A stretch of DNA of 63,958 nt, the filler included, from Trypethelium eluteriae (taxonomy: Eukaryota), in the NCBI GenBank assembly GCA_051942245.1. It is 3 parts of 3 records of this genome, joined end to end, with 100 filler letters (N's around TTAATTAATTAA, not from the genome) between each part and the next. Parts side by side here need not be neighbours in the genome. Positions count along the whole stretch, not along the records: positions 22,697 to 45,291 come from JAVECL010000441.1; 2 more parts are not named here. The stretch is one strand, 5' to 3'. Within the stretch, counting starts at the first letter, position 1. Each line of letters begins with the position of its first letter. Of the stretch, positions 25,102 to 38,200 are shown piece by piece. The notes beneath the pieces are model-generated. The model was not told the origin of the DNA, did not search any database, and worked only from the letters and a program-made list of their open reading frames with translations. Position numbers and translations under genes: made by a program.

Positions 25102-25550
25102 ATAATAGTAACAAAATTCGATGCGAAGCACAGTCGCCCTCAGATGAGTTCCATAGTACGTGTAGGCTCAGAGGCATGGACACACGGAGGCGGCACTTGC
25201 AGAATTAAGTTACTCTATGTGGAAATCCGCTGACTAAGACGAAGGGGAGCACGTACCAGGCAAGTATCTTATTATAGCCGCGCCGCTATGTATCACGTAC
25301 AAATGAGGGCACGCACGGAGGGGTAATTACAAGCCTCCTGTCGAATGATCCTTCCGCGAACACTTGATCGACCTCTCAGAAAGTGACTTTGCTGAGGAGG
25401 GAAAGTTGTATCTCGTTTATGCCAATCGGAGGCATTCCGACGCGCTTGATTGATATCGAAGTTTGAGGGCTGTGCGGAGTAGACGAAACAGAGCGTGAAA
25501 GGCTCGCTTCAGACATTGACCAAAGGCCTTCAGTTGAAGTCTCAGCTATC

Positions 25551-26258
25551 TTGGACTTCAGGAAGTGTCGAAATATGGAGAAGGGGTTGGACCTTGGAGC
25601 AGACAATGAACCAATGAGAAGCTCCGAACCAGGCGTCATGAAGATCTCATCTGTTCTCACTTCGCCATCAACAGATCGGAAGCGAAGACATGTCCAAGCT
25701 AGTGAATCTAGCGACCTACGGTGCAAAGTTGATGCGAAGTCCCCGGCTCGGGTTGATAGAGGGCAACCCTCCAAGCGGCGACGTTCAGGCGAAGAGCCTG
25801 TTAAAACTGGAATTGAGAAAACACAGGCGACGACGCACGAAGATGGATCCCTAGACGGCTCTGGAGATTTCTCGAGGATTGGAGAATTAGGTCGTCGACG
25901 GAAAGGTACGTCTAATCTCAGTGACCAAGACAAACCCTATGCGCCTGTCGACTCCTCTGGTGACAGGACATTGGAGAAGACAAAAAGGGGCTCAGATCGA
26001 GCAGAACAGAATAATCGGCCACCTGGCACATGGCATCAGGATGATGTAGAGGGCAGCAGTAAGACAAGTAGAAAAGGCAAAGCTATTTCACGATACGATC
26101 AAGATCTCTATACCCCAGTTGCGGGTGCTACACGAGGCCTAAGGTACGGGGATCCACGACTCCTTCGGGAAATCGATATTGAAATTGCGCGCAACGCAAC
26201 ACCGGACGATTCGTCAAGCGATGAAGGGGGTCCAACAATGTTTGGGTACTACCTCTAA
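25551..26258 (+). CDS. Hypothetical hydrophilic, probably disordered protein
   Basis: 235-codon ORF rich in S/D/R/K with basic clusters (PSKRRR, RRRKG). No recognisable domain; start uncertain. Confidence 0.4.
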   Translation: MDFRKCRNMEKGLDLGADNEPMRSSEPGVMKISSVLTSPSTDRKRRHVQASESSDLRCKVDAKSPARVDRGQPSKRRRSGEEPVKTGIEKTQATTHEDGSLDGSGDFSRIGELGRRRKGTSNLSDQDKPYAPVDSSGDRTLEKTKRGSDRAEQNNRPPGTWHQDDVEGSSKTSRKGKAISRYDQDLYTPVAGATRGLRYGDPRLLREIDIEIARNATPDDSSSDEGGPTMFGYYL

Positions 26259-26364
26259 TCTGAAAGCAGAAAGTCAATGTCTGTGGATCGCATTGGTTTC
26301 ATTATCTAGGGCTTTTGCTATCAGGTCATTCTGGATTCCATCAATCATACTCGTTCATCAGCGC

Positions 26365-28039
26365 TCAAGCTTTTCGCCTTGATTTGGAAGCATCTGATAA
26401 TCGCACGTTGAGAGCCGGCTTCTGCCAGAAGTTATAGACGTCCTGCTGCTCAGGGTTAAATCCGTCGTCCAGAAGTTCAAGATCAAAGTTCCAAACCACA
26501 CGTGCGAGCATGAGCCGCATTTCAGCCCACCTACCACGGTAAAGGTCAGCGGAAACAGTTCAATAGCAAAAAGGACAGGATTCGGTCGAGGGCTTACCCC
26601 ATAGTTACCCCGATGCAATTCCGGGGGCCAATGGAAAATGATTGCACAGCATCCCTTTTGTCAGCGGCATAATCGGGATCTCCCAACCATCTTTCTGGTC
26701 GGAAACTATCTGGATCCTTGAAATTCAACGGTGACCGATATGCGCTATATTGCGAAACGGATACTCGAGTCTTGCAAAGATCGATCAGTAGTATCCGAGG
26801 GTGCTACCTGATAAACTTACTCGGTCAGGAATGAAACAGCCACTGACATATTCACCGCCTGGCCTGTCTTCAAGAATTCTTGCAAGGCCTGTAGGGATCG
26901 GAGGAAATAAACGAAGGCCTTCTTTTATGCACGCGTTCATATAGCGGAGCTCTTGTACGCTCAAGAAGTTGATATCCTCCTCCGACACAAAAACTGACCG
27001 GATCTCGGCCTTTAGCCTCTTCAGAGTCTCTGGGTATTTGAGCAAATAATACGTGGTGCCGGACATTGTTGTTGCCGTTGTCTCGCTCCCAGCAATGATC
27101 AGTATTGAAGCGTCTACTTCGAGCTCTGCTCGATTCAATCCCTTCTCATTGTTTTCCTTTAAGATGAAGGACAAGAAGTCTGCGTCACTGGAGTCCGTGG
27201 CTACTCGGCGAGCTACCTTCTCTTTGGTCAAAGCAAGTTGAGCATTCCTCTTTGCAATGAGCTCCTTCGGAATGAGGCGCCGCATGATGGGTATCAAGAA
27301 AGAATACCTTTTGCTGGCTGAGAGATAGGCACCTCCTTTGATATGTTCGATAATCATTGCTACCCACGGATGGTAATCTTTGCTCTCAAGACAACCGAAG
27401 GGCTCCCCAAAGCCAAGGTGCCCAATGATATCGAAAGTCGTCCAGTTGTACCATTTAACGAGATCGACCGAACTTTCTGTGCCAATACTATCTCTAAGCT
27501 TGTGGATGAGCTGGTCTACATACTTCTGGAAAAGCGGTTCTTGGGCCCGTAACGCTCGTTCGGAAAAAGCGTAGTTCAGCAGTTTTCGATGACGCGGATG
27601 ATTAGCGTTATCGGCTGTGAGAATACTATCTACATTCTCGACCATGCGCGGATATACTTTCATGTCCTTCTTGAAGAATTCGGTCCTGCCGGGACCGTAG
27701 ATGTCTCTCCAGGCTGAGGGTGTTATGAACGAGATTTCGTCCGGCGAAGTTCTTACAACCTCACCATACTGGTTGTGGATCTTCAATATGGCCTTCGCTA
27801 GGTTTCCACTGACTTGATGGTATACCCAAGGGACTCGCGAGACACTCCAAAGCCATGGTCCTGGATATTGAGCAAGAGGATGGAAGGCTTTTCGATACAC
27901 GACAAGGCCGAGCGCGTACACAAAGAGCTTCAGGGGATGTCTTCAGCAACCGGAAACTCAAACTTCGCATATTGTCACATACCAATGCCCATGCTGCAAT
28001 TATAGCAAAGAAGAGTTCACGCATCGAGAAAAGAAACAT
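26365..28039 (-). CDS. Cytochrome P450 monooxygenase (CYP65/Tri11-like), 4 exons
   Basis: N-terminal anchor, [49 protein letters not shown], heme motif [10 protein letters not shown] in a downstream exon. Stop at 26365-26367. Confidence 0.92.
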
Positions 28040-28861
28040 TTCTGATACTTCGCAATCGAGCGCTAGTACATCCGACCCAACGTCGCTGATTCTCTTCGTC
28101 TCTTAACATACGCGTGCTGTTAGATGATGAAGGAGGGCTTCAAATGAGTGTGCTTTGTCTCTTGGTCGTGCGAAACTAGAATCCCCACCTTGGGTAACCT
28201 TGGACCTACGTCACATAGCAAAGAAGCTCTTCAGTGCATTGGGCTCGCATCTGCCTGAGTACAATACGCGAGCGGTATCTTGCCAATTTGATCGGTCTAA
28301 GCAGGTGAACATTCACCGCTGTCGTTCTCTGTCAGAAAACTGAATGCAAGCACATTGACTAATGAGAGAGAGATACGGAGTAGATGTGCGCGAAATAGAA
28401 TTGTGGATCCCTGGGTCTGGGGCTTAAGCGGCGTCAGCCCACGCGTACGGCACAAAATGCAGACAGCCTGGCTTTATCCACTCACCCCCGCACTCTGATT
28501 ATAGCTCATCTTTATGTTACGGTGGATAAGCCCCACCTTAATAGGTGGCATTTGAGCCAATCATCCCAAATCCGGTCTTATAGGCGGGCTAATTGCTCTG
28601 GTCTCACCAACCACTTCAACAGACTTCATATCAATTATGGAGCCAAGGATCCACTCGGGAGGTTTCCAAGCCAAGCGCCAACATATGCAGGTGGAAGCCG
28701 GTGGCATGCGTCCTATACTGCATAGTTTCAGAGCGGCGTTGTGGGGATGCAGTTGGAATGGTCCGTGGAGAGATATGCATGTTCCCAGGGATCTTTATCT
28801 AACTAATTGGTCTAAATGCGAATCGGATAAGTTCGGTTTCGACAACTGCGTATCAAGCCTT

Positions 28862-29577
28862 CTAAGCAAAGACGGCTCTGTGATGGAGTTGACAAATTGC
28901 TTTGGCCATTTCCGCCACAATGTTGGGAGCCCTTGGGATGATGTGCCCAACATCATAGGTCAGGAGCGTCGCAGTCTCCGCGTGGCACAGCTGATAAAGA
29001 TCTAGAGCATCCGGATATGCTTCATCCTGTTTCCCGACAATGTGGACCGTGGGAATCCTGACTATCTTATCGTACCCCGGCAAGAGGTCTTCGGTGTTTG
29101 ACCGGCGAGGAGCTCCTCCGGCAATGAAGATAGCGTATTTGAAATGCACAAATGGCAGATCAAGAGGGTTCTTCTTGGCGTGATGCAAGAGAAAGGCTGC
29201 GGCAAGTGTGGCACCTTGAGAAAAGCCAAGGATGCCATCGAAGGGCCCTTCCTCTTCGATCAGGTCGTAGAGGAGCTGATACGCCGAAGATACTGAGGCT
29301 AGGTCATCGGGTGACGGAGGATCTGACCAGGAGAAAAATGAGTAATAGGGCGCTTCGTAGACTTCGCCAATACCGGGGCTTGCAGTAGTCTCCAGTTCGC
29401 CATGAGCATAGACCATTTCCGAACCAATCTCTTTCTTCAACGCGAGACTCAACGGCTGGAGCTGATGTCTCAGAATCTGGTGGCGTCAATGTTTAGTGGT
29501 GCCGAGACGGGGGAAGATGGTTTACTTGCATCGGGGGAGGTCCCGGAGCCATGGAGACAAAGTACCTTGCTTCCCAT
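28862..29577 (-). CDS. FSH1/LovG-type serine hydrolase 2 (canonical), 2 exons
   Basis: MGSKVLCLHGSGTSPD|ILRHQL, GPFDGILGFSQGA, HIVGKQD, GHIIP. Requires a GC-AG intron at 29477-29529. Confidence 0.9.
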
Positions 29578-30229
29578 TTCCTTGGAAGCGTGTTGGAAAA
29601 GCGAAGACCGGCCGGAGGGACGGCTCGAGGAAGATGCATCTTGGACACGGGTGCCTGTCTAGATTGTCTTATAACCACTGATCTTCATTCACGGAAAAGC
29701 CTACAGAGTAAGGCTCCTGCATCAAGCTTATCTTAATCCGGCCGGAAAAATAGTTTCAGTCCTTGCATGCGGTTCCTCGTGGCGTCTGCGCGAAAATCGC
29801 TTGGGACTACCGTACCCTGTGGTATTGCAATTTTCTCGTAGTTATCCTCACCGGAAACTTCCAACCGAGTGCCAAGTGGTCGTGTTCGCATTTGTTGCGA
29901 AGCGTACGACCGTCTACAAGAGATAGACTATTTATCTAATCCACTTCAGGTGTAGCCTGAAACTTAGGTATTGCATTTTATCTTTCAATACGATGTATTG
30001 TAAGAAATCCATGTTACGACGCGCTCTATTCTAGCCTCAATTTAACAATGCGAGCCGCTCCAAGATGCAGAGGCTTTTCTGCAGCTCCCCCGCCACTATG
30101 AGCAATGGAGGCACAGTAATCTTGGGGTCCTCTACACACAGAATCATCTAATGTCTGTGTCATTGCAGCAAAATTTTCTACTATGCCACGTTTTGTTCAG
30201 CATCATTTGCTTCACTGAAGCATCGCATC

Positions 30230-31755
30230 ATGGTAACCTCCGAGTCCTCCGACAAAGCAGAGAAGGTCGCGGTTACTTTGGAGGAGAACATTGCCAATGG
30301 AAACATCGTCGAATGGAGCTTGCCCCATGATCCTGAGAACCCTCTCCAATGGCCCAGATCTCGAAAAATTGGCACCCTGCTGATCGTGAGCACTGGTGGA
30401 CTTATCTCATTCTTGGGATCCTCAATGCTTTCACCCGCCGTGGACCTTGTTCTAGCTGATTTCCATGAAACTAACATAACCCTGGGTGTATTTGCTGTCT
30501 CTGTCTATCTTCTTGGATTGGCCCTAGGACCACTAGTTCTCTCCGGCATATCAGAAGTCTATGGCCGAGCCATTGTTTTTAATGTCTGCAATGTCTTGTT
30601 CTTGATCTTCAGCATCGCTACCGCGGTGCCGACATCATTGGGCATGCTAATTGCCTTTCGTCTCCTGATGGGGCTCGCAGCGTCTGCACCAGTTACTGTT
30701 GGTGGTGGAACAATAGCAGATGTTTTTGTTCCTGCAGAAAGAGGTAGGGCAACCTCTATATATGCTCTTGGGCCAATTATTGGTCCCGTTCTGGCACCAG
30801 TTGCCGGTGGATATTTGGCGGAGGCCAAGGGTTGGAGATGGGTGAACTGGCTGACAGTCATTCTGGTAATTCTTCAACCTTTCTTAGACGTTAGCTAGAT
30901 CCGCGAGAGTTTGATCATCTAATGAGCCCTTTCTAGGCTGGATTTTTAACGATCCTCACCTTCACTTGCTTCCGAGAGACGTACCATCCCGTGCTCCTAG
31001 AACGCAAGACCCGTCGCCTCCGAAAGGAAACAAACAACCAAAGCTTAGAGTCAAAACTAGCTCGAAAGATTACCCTTGGTCGTGCGATGAGACTTGCCCT
31101 TATACGACCCTTGAAGATGCTGTTCCGCTCACCTGTCGTTCTACTTCCTTGCCTGGCATTGGCACTTATCATTGGATACTTATTCCTACTTTTTTCCACA
31201 ATGGCGACCGTATTCCAACAGCAATATGGGTTTTCTGAAGGTTTGTCGGGGCTTGTCTACATTGGCATTGGTGTTGGAAACTTGTTGGGCACATATCTCT
31301 TCGCAATCTCCAGCGATAGAGCTGTCAAGAAAGCATTCGAGCGCGGTACTCTCAAACCAGAGGTGCGTCTTGTACCAGTCTCATTCGGAGGTCCTCTTGT
31401 CTGCATAGGATTTATCTGGTACGGCTGGACAATACATCAGCGGACTCATTGGATATTGCCCATCATTGGTACAGGTATCTTTGGTGTCGGAGTAATGGCA
31501 TTCGTTATGCCTATCACGACATACCTGATCGATGTATGGAAGTGGCATGCTGCCTCTGCAATCGGTGCAAACAATTTCTCGCGGAGTATATTAGGAGCTG
31601 TCATTCCGCTGGTGGCCTTCAAACTTTATGACAGACTTGGGTTGGGCTGGGGAAACAGCTTGCTTGCGTTTATCAGCCTAATCACAGCTCCTCTGCCATG
31701 GCTTTTCACAAAATATGGGGAGTACCTGCGGACTAGATTTCCTCTGGAGCTATGA
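30230..31755 (+). CDS. MFS drug:H+ antiporter (DHA1-type) transporter
   Basis: DPENPLQWP, SEVYGR, GGGTIADVF..ERG, GPIIGPVLAPVAGG, WRW, RETYHPVLL, LGWGNSLL. Many hydrophobic helices and one intron (~30866-30936). Confidence 0.93.
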
Positions 31756-32213
31756 GAGCTCAAATTGCGGAAGCGCTAGATGAGGGATTCTCACCATGTG
31801 ACTCTCTTTACGATGGTGTGAGATCTATCGGAAGATGCTACAGGAAAGTCCTGGCTGTCCGGTTTCAAAGCCACGTCTGTCGATGAATGGACAATAGATT
31901 ACCGCACATTCCAGTACACAAGGACAGAGTTACCTTGTCTAACAATATCACAGTCTTCAAGCGTGAGCTCTTCGGCTTACGCAGTCCATTGTACATCAGA
32001 GATTACCTCATTCACTTATGGGCTTCTAAAAAATGCTCCAAGTATTACGTTATTTGCCGTAGAAATTTGCACACACTGTGTGAATTACGGTAAATGGAAA
32101 GGTAAACCATGCACTGAAGCTTACCTCATTGTATCTATTTATGATCTCGTGCTACTAAAGTGTTACAAATTCTGGGATTGACCCCCAAAGATGATCGCAT
32201 CAAGTATGCAGGA

Positions 32214-33922
32214 CTAACATCGGGGTGTTAGCCGGACCAAAGTCCCATTTTTACTTGCTAAGGTAAGACCAAGCATCTCTGTAAATGGAGCTGAGTCACG
32301 AGCTTCGATGTCGCTGAACTCTTGCATCAAACGCACTATGACATATGCACTTTCGGTCAGAGCGAATTGCTCTACGATCGTGGATCGATTGTCAGTAAGC
32401 GAAGAAAACCAAGAAAAGTGTAGTCTTGATGGCGGAAACTTACGGCCTAAACAGGTTCTCGGTCCTCCGTTGAACGGAAGATAATTCCATCCTGGCCTCA
32501 GGGTTTCCCACCGCTCAGGCCGAAATTCGGCGGCATCGGATCCGAAGAGATCTTCGCGGCGATGCATAGCGTAGACCGCGTATGTCACTCGTTGGTTTTT
32601 CCGAATTAGAACTCTTGACTTACCATCTGGCCCTCCTCCAACAGGGAGACTTGTATCGCGTGCGGCGTGGCGATTGTTCAACGGCGTAGTGGGATATAAT
32701 CGGAGGACTTGAGGTTGCAGTGTCAGTAACCTACGCAGAGAGCGCCCCGATGAGGAAGCATATAAGCTATAGAAAGGAAAATTTTACCTTCTTTCAGAAT
32801 GAATTGCAGATATTTCATATCTTTGAGTTCTTCGAGTTTAGGCTTCCTACCCTGGAGAGTCTCCACGCTTCGGCGGAGCTCTGTCCACACATCATGCCGT
32901 CGAGCAAGGATAAAGAATGTAGTAGCCAGAAGGCCTGCAGTCGTATCTCTGCCAGCTATAAGAATATTGATGGCATGATCTCTCAGTTCCTGCCTATCTT
33001 TGACGTCCTTGGCAAGTTCTTGGAGAAAGCAATAACTAGATTTTTCGGCGTTGAGGGCTTTCGAGCTAGAAAGAGCTCGCTGTACGAGTTCATCTACGAA
33101 TTGATGGACCACTTTGCATGCTTGGATAAATGTCCGATTTGTGTAAAAATCATTGAGTTTTCCAAGACGTGGTCTCAAACTCACGCCCCACTGTGCTTCT
33201 TCAAAGGCCGCGGAAAAGGCTTCACCGAAATCCTGTGAGGTGGAGAGCAGGCTGTTGGTGGAGACTCCGAACAGGAATTCGGTACTTGCGTCCATTGTTA
33301 ATTTGAAGAAAAGCTGCTGCAGATCGACTGTAGACCGATCTCGAGGGATCTTGGCTAGGAGATGCTCTACATGAACTTCGAGGGTATCAAGATTGGAGTC
33401 CAGCTGCAGCTTTGTGAAGTTGGGCCTTAATAGCTCGCGTGAGTGCTTCCATGCTGGACCATCGATGGTGAAGATACCGTTCCCCAGGAAGGGAGAAAAG
33501 TCACGATAACGTTTGGGACCGAGTTCAAAATCGTTAAACTGCGTTGATAATATAGCTTTGATATTTTCGGGTTCGCTCTGCGTTACGGTTAGTTGTCTTG
33601 CACGTATCTCTGCAAGGTCTCCGATGTTTACAGTATGGAAAAAGGTATCGCCTAGCACGTTGGCGCTAAACGTGTAATTGAGAGATTCGTGAAGATTGCG
33701 AAGATTTTCAAGGGCTCTATGAGCTTGAGCCTGCTTCCAGAAATTGAAGACAAAGTCAAGTCCAAAACAGAAGCTCGATTGAGGAAGTCTAGGTGGGCTT
33801 TCACAATTTAAGCGTTTCTGCAACACTTTTACACGTTGCCAGTCATAAAATCGTTTGGTCAAGATCAAGGAAATTGCAATTGAAAATCCATACAGAGCCA
33901 AAGATGGAGTAGACAGCTCCAT
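32214..33922 (-). CDS. Cytochrome P450 (CYP52-clan, alkane/fatty-acid hydroxylase-like)
   Basis: EPENIKAILSTQFNDF, LGNGIFTIDGPAWKHSRELLRPNF, AGRDTTA, LPVGGGPDG, FRPERW, YLPFNGGPRTCLG|QFAL. Confidence 0.92.
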
Positions 33923-35281
33923 GGTTGCAAATGCACCGACAAGCTGTGCTGGTATTGTGAACTGATCCTCAGACGAGAGAACGTTCCCACAAGAAAGCGA
34001 TGGAGTCTACACACTGTCACAGTCCCCAAGCAATATGCAGCCTAAACCTCGCAGTTCCAGCCTGAGAATGCAGAACGAAAAAATACGAAACATACTCAAG
34101 ATCGACCGTTGGATACATTACCTACGTATTTTTGGGCGGCAGATCCTTGATCCGCGTGTAGCGGTGACAATAGTCAGGCATCAAAGTTTCTTAGGTGCAC
34201 GCGCAGGAGGTCTAGAAGCGGCGTCGATCCCATCTACGAAGACGATTGTCCAACACTCATTGCAAGGGCGTTTACGACGCACCAACAGCATGAGTAATTT
34301 TCATGTAAGGCGGAACGAGCAGCTAGAATGGGAGTGATAGGAGCGCGACGGCACGGTACGGAGTAAGTTTTAGAGGATGCTCCCTGGTGTCCCAGCCCGC
34401 GTGCGCTTATGCTTATTGCTCTAGGGGAGATTCTAGCGCGTACCATGGCGTGGGGCTCTCGACACTCATTCTCTCTTGACCTCTCGTGCCTCTTCTTACT
34501 TGGTACTTCCTGCGTCTCCACATCCGAGGCACAACACTATCCGCACCGGCGTCGGATGGCATTAAACGTGAAAGCGCTAATCTGGCATTCCTTGACAGGG
34601 CTCTAACCGGAGACCACTCCTAGCCTGACTTGAAAAAACAGACAACGTGCGGCTGATATCACGTACTATCACGCCGAGCCTGACCTCCCACCGACACGCT
34701 TGGCTTCGAAAGTCGCCATGTCTACCACTTGGCCCCACGATCTCGATCCCAAGCTGAGGCATTTTCGAGGATCTACGCGGTGCCACACGAGGGGTCGCGG
34801 TGGCAAACTAGGGAACCGTTGTAGGTTCGAGTCAGGACCATAGAGACGATGTTGATAACGGGAAACCATTGTGGAGGCGAAGGGAAGGAACTATGATCCT
34901 GCCCCACAATGGGAATAGGCAGCAAGATCGTAATAGCAGATGATTCACGTTTCCAAGGTCTAGGTCAGTTACGTGTAACGATGTTGCTCGAAATACAGCC
35001 ACACTGCTGCTACGGAAAGTACTCTCTTGTCCTTTTCTTCTGTGACTACAATATCATTCCTTGTCATTGCAGACAGAGGCTGCTCACGGATGGGGAGGTG
35101 TCATTCCCAGAAGAATTCGTTATCAAGACGTTCACTATAGCATTACTTGATGAAGTACGAATAGTTGTTCTCACAGTGGGCAGTCTGCTTTGTCGATTCA
35201 ATTCTCTTTGGTTTTCGTAAACCCATTCGGCGTTCACTTTTGGAGTGTTAAGCGGGACTTCCATCATAGATACTCTCTACA

Positions 35282-38200
35282 ATGAAAGACACTCGAGCAA
35301 TGCAAGTTGGTCGTAATGGGGTGGACCCCACCATGCCAATTGCAATTGCAGGCATGAGCTGTCGCTTTCCTGGCGAAGCAACCAACCCACAAAATCTTTG
35401 GCAGATGTGCAGAGAGGCTCGAGATGCATGGTCGACTATCCCCAAGGACCGATTCAACCAAGATGCTTTCTATCATCCAGACGCTAGTCGAAATGGTGCT
35501 TCAAACGTTCGCGGAGCTCATTTCATTGCTGAAGACTTGTCATTATTTGACGCCCCCTTCTTCAGCATGACACCTGCAGAAGCCGCTGTGAGTTAGGAGC
35601 AGGAATGCTCTTCGTGAATCACGGAACGTCCTGACATACCCCAGGCTCTAGATCCTCAGCAAAGACTCCTTTTAGAGTGCTGCTACGAAGCACTAGAAAA
35701 CGGTACGTCCCTATTCTAGGTCGGAAGCTTTCCTGCTGATGATTTAGGGGGCATTCCAATCACCAAGGTTGCCGGGAGCGATACCTCTTGTTTCGTCGGT
35801 TCCTTCTGCAGAGACTGGAGCGACATCATGATGAGAGATCCTGATTCCGTTCCGATGTACCAAGCCACTGGGGGCGGCCATGCATTGCTCTCCAATCGGA
35901 TCTCTTATTTTTTCAATATGCGTGGCCCATCCGTATCAATAGATACCGCCTGCTCTGCGAGTCTGGTTGCGCTCCATTTGGCCTGTCAGTCTATAAAATC
36001 AGGTGAATCGCGGCAGGCGATCGTCGGCGGCGCCAATGTGATTCTCAGCCATGAACTCATGATTTCAATGAGCATGATGAGGTTGGTGGTGATGACAACG
36101 ATTATCTTGTGGCTAACAAAGGCAGATTCCTGTCTCCAGACGGCCGATCCTACACATACGATCACCGAGCGAACGGATATGCCCGAGGAGAAGGGGCTGC
36201 TTGTTTAGTCTTGAAGTCACTGGCAGACGCAGTGCGCGACGGTGATCCCATTCGAGCCATCATCCGAAATTCCGGCGTGAACCAAGATGGAAAGACCAAC
36301 GGGATAACTTTACCCAGTGGCGATGCTCAGTCCTCGTTAATCACAAGTGTGTATGAGACTGCAGGGCTCGATCCCTTGGAGACCTCGTATGTTGAAGCAC
36401 ATGGTACGGGGACAGCAGCGGGTGATCCTATTGAGGCATCAGCTCTAGCAAAAGTCTTTTGCAAGGACAGATCTTTGGACCAAAGCCTGCCTGTCGGCTC
36501 CATAAAAACGAATATTGGCCATTTAGAAGGGGCTAGTGGACTTGCAGGTGTCATTAAAACGGTCCTTATGCTCGAAAACAAATTCATTGTTCCCAATACG
36601 AACTTCGAGAAAGCAAATCCAAATATACCTCTTGACGACTGGAGGCTGACTGTAGGTCATAATCCTCTCTCAAAGACTGTGCAGGTGGATTAGATGACAT
36701 TCGGAAGGGAGGTTGCTCGTTAGTACCCTTGAATTTTCGAATGCGTCTGCCTGCTGTTTCCGTTCTCGATCTGAAGCTAATTCGCATGTAAGGTTCCGAC
36801 TAAAGGATATGACTGGCCATCCACGGGCATCCGACGTGCTTCCATCAATAGTTTTGGATATGGCGGTACTAATGCCCATGTTGTTATTGATGAAGCCGAG
36901 GCATACCTCCATGCCAAATCACCAATATCCTCGCCGAATCGACAAGGCTCGATCCAGGAAACCCGCGGGTCGAACACCTTCACCAACGGGCATACTAACG
37001 ACGAGACCAATTTGGGGTACGTGAAGCCCAAGAATGGTATTGGTGAAGCGGGTCTTCATGATTCACCTTTGGAGCCACAAGGACCAGCATTCGATGCAGA
37101 GGCAAGCTCGGAGGACCCAGACAGGCATTCGAAATCTGACTTGTCAAACGGGACTAATGGAATAAAAGCCAAAATTACAGAGAATAAAGACCACTTTGAG
37201 GACGAGTCCCTGGCAAAAGTTCGTGGCGTCAGTACTGTCAACGGGTTTGGGAAGGGCTACACCAATGGACATGCAACCGCTGAACCCCCTAACGGTTTCG
37301 AGAGCAGCAGAGCTAAAGAGATTGAACGTCCCAGCAAAGTCAATGGAAATCAAATTAATGGAACAATCAATGGAACAGTCGACGGGCATTCCGACAGACT
37401 TGCTGAAGAGATCCTCAATCGGATTCTTTGCTTTTCCGCATTTGACGAAACTTCCGGAAAACGCCAAGCGAAGAATATACGTGAATACGTGGAGGCCAAA
37501 AGAAGTTCGAATGTCCACGATGATGTTTTACTGCGAGGCTTGGCTTATACTCTAGGCGAACGACGTTCCGTACTTCCGTGGAAAGCAGCTATCTCTGTAT
37601 CTACTTTGGATCAGTTGGTGGACTTACTAGGAAGCGGAGATCTGAAGTTTTCCCAGAGCACCAAGGCTCCAACCGTAGCCTTTTGCTTCACAGGCCAAGG
37701 AGCTCAATGGTACGGAATGGGCCGAGAACTTATGCAATTCTATCCTGCATTCCGCAAGTCAATCGCGAAATCTTCTCAGATTTTGGATCTTCTGGGAGCT
37801 ACATGGAACCTTGAAGACGAGCTTCAAAAAGATCAGAGATCCTCGCGTGTGAACTCGGCGGAGCTAAGCCAGCCAATCTGTACCGCAATTCAAGTGGCTC
37901 TTGTTGACCTCCTGAGAACCTGGGGCGTGGAGCCGAGGGCGGTCATTGGCCATTCTAGTGGTGAAATTGCCGCTGCGTATGCTACAGGAGCCTTGACGCA
38001 TGAATTCGCATTATCGGTTGCCTACCATAGGGGCCTGACAGTTTCCTCTCTCAAGGAGACCTCGAGCACGGTCAAAGGGGCCATGATGGCCGTCGGACTC
38101 TCCGCGGATGAGGCTACGGAATATCTGCAGCAACTAAGATCTGGAAAAGCCGTAATTGCGTGCTACAACAGCCCTAGGAGTCTGACCATATCTGGGGATG

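Noticed and set aside
36900..37420. Long NG/NGH-rich insert between KS and AT of PKS2 as a novel domain
   Set aside because: Low-complexity Asn-Gly-His linkers are common at this position in fungal HR-PKSs; PKS1 has a shorter one.
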